The notes beneath the pieces are model-generated. The model did not search any database, had not been told where the DNA came from, and saw only the letters and a list, made by a program, of their open reading frames with translations. Of a stretch of DNA of 64,000 nt, positions 31,364 to 39,147 are shown piece after piece (position 1 is the first letter of the stretch; each line of letters opens with the position of its first letter). The stretch is taken from NCBI GenBank assembly GCA_963704165.1, contig CAVPHD010000003.1:320001-384000 (forward strand). The letters are read 5' to 3'. The DNA comes from an uncultured delta proteobacterium (GTDB lineage: Bacteria > Myxococcota_A > UBA9160 > SZUA-336). A program made the translations under genes and the position numbers.

Positions 31364-31846
31364 CTAGCCGTAGATCAGGCGCGTCAGAAACTCGGCCACG
31401 CAGCCGGGCTTGGGCTCGCCCACGATCTCGACGGTGACCTTCTGCTTGAGCTGGATCGTGTTCGGCGCGACGAGCTCCGCCGCGACCAGCTCGCGCGTCG
31501 CGCGGACGCTCGAGTCCACCTTCACCGGCGCGGGAAAGCGAACCTTGTCGAGGCCGTAGTTCACGCCCATGACCACGCCGGAGTACGCCTCGGGGTCCGC
31601 GGGCGGAATGCTCGATTGCAGGAACGGCAGCAGCGAGAGGGTGAGGAAGCCGTGGGCGATCGTGACCTTGTACGGCGAGAGCTTCGCCGCCTTCTCCGGA
31701 TCGATGTGGATGAACTGGTGATCCCCGGTCGCGTCCGCGAACAGGTTGATCTGCGCCTGTTCGACCTTGTGCGGGGTGCTCGGTCCGTCCACCTTCCCGA
31801 TCTGGGTCTTGAAGCGCTCGAGCGCCGTCTCCGCCTTGCTTGCCAT
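31364..31846 (-). CDS. MaoC-family dehydratase
   Basis: FADATGDHQFIHID, IAHGFLTLS and NYGLDKVRFPAPV. Start trimmed to MASKAE. Confidence 0.92.
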   Translation of the reverse strand: MASKAETALERFKTQIGKVDGPSTPHKVEQAQINLFADATGDHQFIHIDPEKAAKLSPYKVTIAHGFLTLSLLPFLQSSIPPADPEAYSGVVMGVNYGLDKVRFPAPVKVDSSVRATRELVAAELVAPNTIQLKQKVTVEIVGEPKPGCVAEFLTRLIYG

Positions 31847-31904
31847 CGGTGTCTCCTTCGCGTCGGCAAACTCGTTATACACGAGCCGGGGTAGACTCGG
31901 CGAG

Positions 31905-32807
31905 ATGCCCGAGCCATCCGCACCCGCGTGCAGCGAAGCGAGCCTCGCGGTCGGCGAGCCGCTCGCCGGAACGGCCTCGGACGCGCCCTTCTTCGCGGCG
32001 ATCTCCTGGCCCAAGACGCGTTGGCATCCCGACGAGGTCGCGCTCTCCGAGGGGCTGCCCGAGTCGCTTCGCGAGCTGGAGAAGGCCGCGAGCCGCGCCG
32101 GACGCAAGCTCGCGCTTCGGCTCTTCCAACGCCCGGCTCGGGGGCCGAGCGGGGGCGTCGAGCTGATCTGCGCCGAATTCCCGCGCGCGCGGACCGCGTT
32201 CGTCCCGGACCTGCCGGTCGAGCGCTGCGCCGAATCGATCACCGCATTCCTCGACGGGAGCGAGATCGGGAAGCCGCTCGAGCGCCCGCTCCTGCTCGTC
32301 TGTACCGATGGCAAACACGATCTCTGCTGCGGAAAGCTCGGCCGGGGGATCGTCTCGGCGCTGCGCTCGGATGCGCGCGTGGACGTCGCCGAGGTCAGTC
32401 ACCTCGGCGGCCACCGGCTCGCCGCGAACTGCCTCGCGCTGCCGTCCGGAGAGCTCTACGGTCGCCTCACCGTCGCGGACGCGAAGCCGCTGGCCGATTC
32501 GGTCCGACACGGTCACGTGTATCTTCCCCGCTACCGCGGGCGAACGGGAACGGACGAGCCCGCCCAGGTCGCCGAGGCGGCGGCGCTCGCGCGCTTCCCC
32601 CAGGCGACCGAGATCCGGGTCTTTGCGCCCGTGTGCGAGGGCGACGCCCGCATCGTGCCGGTCGAGCTGCGCGGCTTCGACGGGCCGCGCCGTCTCGCGG
32701 TACGATGCGTCGCGCGCGAGTTCGAGGTGATCGGCTCCTGCGGCGACACCCGCGCCGAGAAGCGCGCGCGTTGGGTCGCCGCGAGCGTGCAAGAGGAGAA
32801 GCCGTGA
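31905..32807 (+). CDS. Sucrase/ferredoxin-like (Apd1/Aim32-type thioredoxin-like Fe-S) protein
   Basis: LVCTDGKHDLCCG, SHLGGHR and YGRL motifs. Confidence 0.85.
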   Translation: MPEPSAPACSEASLAVGEPLAGTASDAPFFAAISWPKTRWHPDEVALSEGLPESLRELEKAASRAGRKLALRLFQRPARGPSGGVELICAEFPRARTAFVPDLPVERCAESITAFLDGSEIGKPLERPLLLVCTDGKHDLCCGKLGRGIVSALRSDARVDVAEVSHLGGHRLAANCLALPSGELYGRLTVADAKPLADSVRHGHVYLPRYRGRTGTDEPAQVAEAAALARFPQATEIRVFAPVCEGDARIVPVELRGFDGPRRLAVRCVAREFEVIGSCGDTRAEKRARWVAASVQEEKP

Positions 32808-34027
32808 TGGAAATCGTCCGTCCCGAGGAAGTCGGGCTGTCGTCGGAGCGCCTCGCGCGCATCGAGCGGCATCTCGAGCGTCGCTACCTGGACCAGAAGA
32901 AGATCGCCGGCGCACTGACGCTGGTCGCGCGCCGCGGCCGGGTCGCGCACCTCTCGCCCGTCGGCATGATGGACCTCGAGCGCGGCAAGCCGATGCGGGA
33001 GGACACGATCTTCCGCATCTACTCGATGAGCAAGCCGATCACCTCCGTCGCGCTGATGACGCTGTACGAGCACGGGCACTTCTCGCTCGACGACGCGGTG
33101 CACAAGTACATTCCCGCATTCCGCGACCTGCGCGTCTACGACGGTGGCAACCATCCGCTATTCGCGACGCGGCCGGTCGAGCGAGCGATGACGATTCGCG
33201 ATCTGCTGACGCACACGTCCGGGCTGACCTACGGATTCATGGAACGCACGAACGTCGATCGCGCGTACCGGCGGCTCGGCATCGGCGACCGCGACGTGAC
33301 GCTCGCCGAGACGGTGGAGAAGCTCGGCCGGCTGCCGCTCGAGTTCTCGCCCGGCACGCGCTGGAACTACTCGGTCTCGACCGACGTGATCGGCCACCTG
33401 ATCGAACGGATCTCGGGCAAGCGGCTCGATGCGTTCCTGCGCGACGAGATCTTCACGCCGCTCGGCATGAACGACACGGGATTCCACGTTCCGTCCGGAA
33501 AGCTCGATCGCCTCGCGACGAACTACCGGCGCCTCGCGGACAAGAGCGTGCAGATCGAGGACGACGCGGCCGCGAGCGCCTACGCTGCGGAGCCCGCCTA
33601 TCTTTCCGGCGGCGGGGGCCTCGTCTCGACGGCGAGCGACTACCTGCGCTTCTGCCAGATGCTCCTCGACGAGGGTGAATTCGGCGGCCGGCGAATCCTC
33701 GGGCGCAAGACCATCGAGCTGATGACCGAGAACCATCTGCCCGGCGGGCGCGACATCGCCGAGCTCGACCTCGGCGGGCAATTCAGCCAGGTGACCTACG
33801 ATGGTGTCGGCTTCGGGCTCGGCTTCTCCGTCACGCTCGACCTCGCGCGCGCGCAGACCATCGGCTCCCCCGGAGAATATGCCTGGGGTGGCGCCGCGAG
33901 CACCGCGTTCTGGATCGACCCGGCCGAGGAGCTGATCGTGATCTTCATGACCCAGTTCATGCCGTCGGGAACCTTCAACTTCCGCGGTCAGCTGAAGTCG
34001 ATCATCTACCCCGCGATCACCGACTGA
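32807..34027 (+). CDS. Serine hydrolase, beta-lactamase/esterase class C family
   Basis: SMSK, LLTHTSG, WNYS and GGGGL motifs. TGATG coupling with the upstream gene. Confidence 0.92.
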   Translation: MEIVRPEEVGLSSERLARIERHLERRYLDQKKIAGALTLVARRGRVAHLSPVGMMDLERGKPMREDTIFRIYSMSKPITSVALMTLYEHGHFSLDDAVHKYIPAFRDLRVYDGGNHPLFATRPVERAMTIRDLLTHTSGLTYGFMERTNVDRAYRRLGIGDRDVTLAETVEKLGRLPLEFSPGTRWNYSVSTDVIGHLIERISGKRLDAFLRDEIFTPLGMNDTGFHVPSGKLDRLATNYRRLADKSVQIEDDAAASAYAAEPAYLSGGGGLVSTASDYLRFCQMLLDEGEFGGRRILGRKTIELMTENHLPGGRDIAELDLGGQFSQVTYDGVGFGLGFSVTLDLARAQTIGSPGEYAWGGAASTAFWIDPAEELIVIFMTQFMPSGTFNFRGQLKSIIYPAITD

Positions 34028-34045
34028 TCGCCGCTGCCGGACCTC

Positions 34046-35161
34046 TCAGCGTCCGAGCTCCGCGCGCAGCTTGAGCCGCTGCAGGTACGCGTCGCGCACG
34101 AGCTGCGTGTCGCGGACGAAGTGATCGAGGTCCGAGATCGTCAGCGCCTGCGGACCGTCACAGAGCGCTTCCTCGGGTCGAGGGTGGAAGTCGACGAGCA
34201 CCAGGTTCGCGCCGACGATCAGGCCCTGCGCGGTGGCGTGGTGGATGTCGAGCAGTCCGTCGGGCGCGACGAGCTTCTTGCCGACCGAGTGCGACGGATC
34301 GATGCAGACGGGCATGCGCGTGAGGCGCTTCACGACCGGCACCATCGCGAAGTCGACGAAGTTCCGGTGCGGATCGCCGAGGTTCGTCTTCATGCCGCGC
34401 AGACCGAACACGATCTTGTGATTTCCGCCGCTCGCCACGTACTCCACGGCGTTCAGCGACTCCTCGAGCGTGATGCCCATGCCGCGCTTGAAGAGCACCG
34501 GGAACTCCTGCTGCACGCCGACGGACTTCAGGAGCTCGAAATTCTGCGCGTTGCGGGTGCCGATCTGCAGCATCACCCCGGTCGGCTGACCGGAGATCTG
34601 AAGCGCGCGGCGGATCTCGTCGATCTGCGGCTCGGCGGTGATCTCCATCGAGATCACGCGGATCCCGTACTTGCCCGCGAGCTCGAAGACGAACGGCAGA
34701 CACGCGGCCCCGTGACCCTGGAAATCGTAGGGGCTCGTGCGCGGCTTGTACGCGCCGGCGCGCGTGGTCTGGATGCCCGCCGCTCTCAGCGCGCGGAAGG
34801 TGTCTTCGAGATTCTGGCGCGTGTCGACCGCGCACACTCCCGGGAAGAGGTGGAAGCTGTCCTGGCTGAAGTGGATGCCGTTGTACTCGAATCCGACCGA
34901 CTCGGACTGACCCTCGTGGCGTCCGATCGTCCGGTAGCGCTCGCGGATCCGGATCACCTTCTCGACCGCGGCGATCTCCTCGAACGCCTCGGACGAGATC
35001 GACGTGGTGGGGCCGAGCAGATAGATCTCGGTCAGGGTGCGCGTCGCGCCCTCGATCACGTGCAGCTCGGTGTGGATGTCGGGGAAGCGCTCCGCCGTGC
35101 GGATGACCTGCCGGGTCTCGGGGGAGTCGGGGCCGAACTCGGCCTTCATCACGATGATCAT
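34046..35161 (-). CDS. aroF: DAHP synthase, type I-beta, with N-terminal ferredoxin-like regulatory domain (divergent)
   Basis: AYKPRTSPYDFQG, QIGTRNAQNF, KRG, DPSH and CDGPQ. Confidence 0.85.
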   Translation of the reverse strand: MIIVMKAEFGPDSPETRQVIRTAERFPDIHTELHVIEGATRTLTEIYLLGPTTSISSEAFEEIAAVEKVIRIRERYRTIGRHEGQSESVGFEYNGIHFSQDSFHLFPGVCAVDTRQNLEDTFRALRAAGIQTTRAGAYKPRTSPYDFQGHGAACLPFVFELAGKYGIRVISMEITAEPQIDEIRRALQISGQPTGVMLQIGTRNAQNFELLKSVGVQQEFPVLFKRGMGITLEESLNAVEYVASGGNHKIVFGLRGMKTNLGDPHRNFVDFAMVPVVKRLTRMPVCIDPSHSVGKKLVAPDGLLDIHHATAQGLIVGANLVLVDFHPRPEEALCDGPQALTISDLDHFVRDTQLVRDAYLQRLKLRAELGR

Positions 35162-35218
35162 GGGGCGCCCATCTTACTGTGATAACGTGCGCGCTCGCTA
35201 GCCGGGGGCCGAAACGCC

Positions 35219-37270
35219 ATGCAGAGACGCCGCGCCGGACCCCTCGCGCTCGCCGCGCTGGCCCTGGCATTGACGGCCGCGGACTCGGCGGACGATCTGC
35301 GCGATCTCGAGGTCGAGTCCCCGCGCGCGCCCACCCGGCTGCTCGAGGTGCCACTCGCGATCTCCGTCGTCAGCTCGGAGGAGATCTCCCGCGCGAATCC
35401 CGCGACCTCGATCGAGTCGGCCTTCGACCTGGTCCCGGGAACCTTCTCCCAGGGCGGCACGAACTTCGCGCAGGACGCGCGCGTTTCGATCCGCGGCTTC
35501 GGCTCGACGGCGCAGTTCGGAATCCGCGGCGTGCACATGTACGTCGACGGCGTGCCGTCGACGCTCCCCGACGGACAGACCGAGGTGGACTCCCTCGAGA
35601 TGGACTTCGTCGATCGGATGGAGATCCTGCGCGGTCCGATCTCGTCGCTCTACGGCGGCGGCGGCGGCGGAATCATCTCGGTCGAGACGTTCGCACCGAC
35701 GAAGGAGCCGGTCGTCCGCGCGCGCGCGTCGTGGGGGAGCTACAACGCGCAGCGCTACAGCGCGCTGACCACCGGGACGGCCGCGAGCACCGGCTACGTT
35801 CTCGGCATCTCGAGCACGCACACCGACGGCTACCGCGATCACTCGAAAGCGGAGCAGTGGAACCTGCTCGCGAAGCTCGAGCGGGAGCTCTCCGACGGCA
35901 CGGTCCTCGGTCTCAACTTCTCGAACGTCAGCGCCCCCGTGGGCGACGAGCCCGGCGCGCTGACCGAGGCGCAGGTCGGCGCGGATCGGCGCCAGGCTCA
36001 ACCGGCGGCGCTGAGCTTCGACGCGCGCGAGAAGCTCGACCAGCAGAAGCTCGCGCTGACGTTGCGAAGACCCTTCGGCGAGGGGCGCCAGCTCCGCGCG
36101 GTGGCCTGGGGTCTGCAGCGCGATTTCGCGAACGCCCTCCCCTTCAACCGGCGCGTCGATCTCGACCGCAAGGCCTTCGGTGGATCGATCGTCTTCGACG
36201 ACGCGTCGGGCTTCGTGCACTGGACCGGCGGTTTCGACGTGGATCTTCAGCGCGATCAACGCGTGAACTTCGAGAACATCGGCGGCGCGCGCGGTGACGT
36301 GACCTTCGACCAGTCCGAGAACGTGACGGCGCTCGCGCCCTGGCTCTCGGCCGAGAAACGCTTCGCGAACGGCTTCGGCGTCGTTTCCGGCGTGCGCTGG
36401 GACTGGACGCACCTCGACTTCGGAGATCGCTTCGTGAATGCGGACTCCGGCGACGGATCGGACGACAAGACGTTCCGCGATCTCTCGCCACGCTTCGGCG
36501 TCTTCTGGCGTCACTCCGACGCGCTGCTCGCCTACGCGAACTACGATTCCGCGTTCCAGGTGCCGACGACGACCGAGCTGCAGACCCCGAGCCCCGACGG
36601 GGGCTTCCAGAACGATTTCGACGCGGAGAAGACCACCGGCTTCGAAGTCGGCGCGAAGGGCCTGCTCTTCGATCGCCTGTACTACGACGTGGCTCTCTTC
36701 GCGCTGCGGGTGCGACACGTGGCGGTCCCCTACGAGAATGCCGCGGGAGTCACTTACTTCCGGGACGCCGGCGAGTCCCGTCGCCGCGGGCTCGAGCTCG
36801 CGCTCTCGGCCTGGCTCGCGCCCGGACTTTCGACGCGCGGCAGCTACACCTACGCGAGCTACCGCTACCACGACTTCGACGCCGTCGATCTCGGATCCGG
36901 AGACGTCGTCTCTCGAGACGGGAACCTGGAGCCGAACGCGCCGGTCAACGTGCTCGGGCTCGAGCTGCGCTACGAGCATCCCTCGGGTTTCTTCGCGATC
37001 TCGAGCCTGCGCTACTTCTCGCGGCTCTGGGTCGACGACGCGAACAGCGCGTCCGCGCCCGCCGCGACGACCTCGAATCTGCGTCTGGGATGGGACATCC
37101 GCGGCGGCGACTTCGTCATCCAGCCCTTCGTCGGCGCGCAGAACTGGACCGGCACGAAATTCGACGACCGCATCCGGCCCAACGCGACGTTCGGCCGCTA
37201 CTACGAGCCCGCCCCGCGCGCGACGATCTACGGGGGCGTCGAGCTCCGGTACGCGGGCGTCCGCCGCTAG
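35219..37270 (+). CDS. TonB-dependent receptor, YncD/PqqU-like
   Basis: Plug reads NFAQDARVSIRGFG..AQFGIRGV...VDGVPSTLPDGQ and LRGPISSLYG; C-terminal RYYEPAPR. Confidence 0.88.
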   Translation: MQRRRAGPLALAALALALTAADSADDLRDLEVESPRAPTRLLEVPLAISVVSSEEISRANPATSIESAFDLVPGTFSQGGTNFAQDARVSIRGFGSTAQFGIRGVHMYVDGVPSTLPDGQTEVDSLEMDFVDRMEILRGPISSLYGGGGGGIISVETFAPTKEPVVRARASWGSYNAQRYSALTTGTAASTGYVLGISSTHTDGYRDHSKAEQWNLLAKLERELSDGTVLGLNFSNVSAPVGDEPGALTEAQVGADRRQAQPAALSFDAREKLDQQKLALTLRRPFGEGRQLRAVAWGLQRDFANALPFNRRVDLDRKAFGGSIVFDDASGFVHWTGGFDVDLQRDQRVNFENIGGARGDVTFDQSENVTALAPWLSAEKRFANGFGVVSGVRWDWTHLDFGDRFVNADSGDGSDDKTFRDLSPRFGVFWRHSDALLAYANYDSAFQVPTTTELQTPSPDGGFQNDFDAEKTTGFEVGAKGLLFDRLYYDVALFALRVRHVAVPYENAAGVTYFRDAGESRRRGLELALSAWLAPGLSTRGSYTYASYRYHDFDAVDLGSGDVVSRDGNLEPNAPVNVLGLELRYEHPSGFFAISSLRYFSRLWVDDANSASAPAATTSNLRLGWDIRGGDFVIQPFVGAQNWTGTKFDDRIRPNATFGRYYEPAPRATIYGGVELRYAGVRR

Positions 37271-37292
37271 CCGGAGGACGTTCGGCCCGGCC

Positions 37293-38492
37293 TCAGATCA
37301 GCCCGCTGGCAGCGAGCCCGAGCCGCAGACGGCCGAAGAGCTCGGCCGCCGAGTCGAGATCGAAGATCGTGTGCGACGCACCCGTGTGTACGTCGCGCAG
37401 GAATCGCTGCAGCGGATTCGCCGAGAGCTGGGCACTGGCGCCGCTCGCCTCCGCGACATCGGCCACGATGCCGCGCGCATCCGCGACGATGTGGGCGATC
37501 TCGAGCCGGAGCCGCGCCCGCTCGACGGGGGGACACGGGTCGCCCTTCTCGGCCCAGCGCACGATCGCGTGGCCGACCGTTCGCAGGCGGTCCTCCGTCG
37601 CACGCGCGCGCGTGACGAGGTGCGCGAGCCGGATCTGCGCCGCCGGTTTATCCGCCTGGCGCGTCGTCGAGCCGAACATCCTGCGTTCGCCAAGCCTCGA
37701 TTCGAAGAGCGCGGTCGCTCCCCGCGCGGCGCCGACGAGCGGCGCCGCCGCGGTCAGCGCCAGGAACGGGACCATCGCGTAGCGGTAGGTCGCCGAGTCG
37801 AGCCACTTCGCACCCTCGCTCTCGCCCGAGCCGATCGGCGCCAGGGACTGACTCAGGTGCGAAGGCACGAAGACGCGATCCGCGACGATGTCGTTGCTGC
37901 CCGTCGCACACAGGCCCGAGGCGTACCAGGTGTCGATCACTTCGACGTTGCCGCGCGGGGTCACGAAGAGACGACCCTCGGGCGGGCCGTCGGCCGAAAC
38001 GACGATCCCGCTCAGCATCACCCAATCCGCGTGCACGATTCCCGTGCCCCACGACCAGCGTCCGGTGAGTTCGTGACCGCCGGCGACCGGAGTCGCGCGC
38101 CCGTTCGGGCTGATCGCTCCCGGCGCGAGCACGAACGGCTGCGCACCGAAGATCTCGCGCTGCGCCTCGGGCGCGAAGTGCCCGAGCAGCCAGTTGTGCT
38201 CGGCGTAGAAGGTGGTGATCCAGCCGGTGGACGTGCACGCCGACCCGACGTCCACGCCAACGTCGATGAACGTGTCGATGTCGATCTCGTACCCGCCGAA
38301 CCGGCGCGGCACGTAGGCGCGGAACACGCCGGTGCGCGCGAGCGCTTCCATCACCCGGTCATCGACCTTGCGCGCCTGTTCGGCCGCCGTCGCCGACGCT
38401 GCGATCTCCGGCAAGAGCGCGCGCACGCGCAGGGCCAAGCCCTCGGCCGGGGGTTCGGACACGTCGGCCATCGAGAATCCCTCCGCCTTCAC
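37293..38492 (-). CDS. Flavin-dependent monooxygenase oxygenase subunit (HsaA-like, acyl-CoA dehydrogenase fold)
   Basis: PRRFGG, ACTSTGW, GRWSWGTG, DTW...GL..TGS and LQRFLRDVH. Alternative ATG at 38471. Confidence 0.88.
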   Translation of the reverse strand: MKAEGFSMADVSEPPAEGLALRVRALLPEIAASATAAEQARKVDDRVMEALARTGVFRAYVPRRFGGYEIDIDTFIDVGVDVGSACTSTGWITTFYAEHNWLLGHFAPEAQREIFGAQPFVLAPGAISPNGRATPVAGGHELTGRWSWGTGIVHADWVMLSGIVVSADGPPEGRLFVTPRGNVEVIDTWYASGLCATGSNDIVADRVFVPSHLSQSLAPIGSGESEGAKWLDSATYRYAMVPFLALTAAAPLVGAARGATALFESRLGERRMFGSTTRQADKPAAQIRLAHLVTRARATEDRLRTVGHAIVRWAEKGDPCPPVERARLRLEIAHIVADARGIVADVAEASGASAQLSANPLQRFLRDVHTGASHTIFDLDSAAELFGRLRLGLAASGLI

Positions 38493-38516
38493 TTTACACG
38501 AGCGGCGGGATGCGTC

Positions 38517-39074
38517 TCACGGCCGACAATGGGGCGGTAGCAGCGAGGCATCGAGCGATCGCGCGACGAGGTCCCGGGTCGCGGGATCACAGTGCATTCC
38601 GTCGACGACGTGCGGCGCGAACGCGGCCCCGCCGACGGCGTGCTCGAGGCCGATCGCGAGTCCACCGATCGCGACGCTCCCGAGCGCGAAGCCACCGAAG
38701 GAGAGACCCAGTCCCGCTGCCACGCCTCCGACCGCGGCAACGATGCCGATCGATACGCCGCCCAAGCTGACGAGCCCGAGCGTCACGCCGCCGATCGCGA
38801 GTCCACCGACGGCGATGCCGCCGATCGCGATCACACCGCACGCGACCCGCGGGCGAAGCGTGGCCGCATCGTTGCCGAGACAGACGTGGACGAGCGGCCA
38901 GGAGCCGATCCGCGCGCGGCTCTTCCACTCGAAGCCGATCACGCCGCCGCGCTCACCGCACGCGACGCATACCAGCCGCGGTTGCTCGATCCTCACGCAC
39001 TCACGGCAGAGCGCGCGCTGACAGAGCGCGCAGATGCCGATGGCCGTCTGACGATCGTGCACATAGCAGTTCAT
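38517..39074 (-). CDS. Hypothetical protein: N-terminal B-box-like zinc finger plus Gly-rich hydrophobic repeats
   Basis: MNCYVH...CALCQRALCREC...CVAC; WPLVHV; repeated GGxAxG/AIGG. Confidence 0.7.
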   Translation of the reverse strand: MNCYVHDRQTAIGICALCQRALCRECVRIEQPRLVCVACGERGGVIGFEWKSRARIGSWPLVHVCLGNDAATLRPRVACGVIAIGGIAVGGLAIGGVTLGLVSLGGVSIGIVAAVGGVAAGLGLSFGGFALGSVAIGGLAIGLEHAVGGAAFAPHVVDGMHCDPATRDLVARSLDASLLPPHCRP

Positions 39075-39147
39075 CCGGAACTCATCGGCGGCGCGGGCCC
39101 GGAACTCGCGCCGAAGAGGACGCACGGAGCCGCCGGCGATCCTCCGC

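Noticed and set aside
38620..38840. Repetitive CCGATCGCGA-like units resembling a repeat array or CRISPR
   Set aside because: They encode Gly-rich AIGG protein repeats; there is no constant repeat-spacer period and no cas genes.
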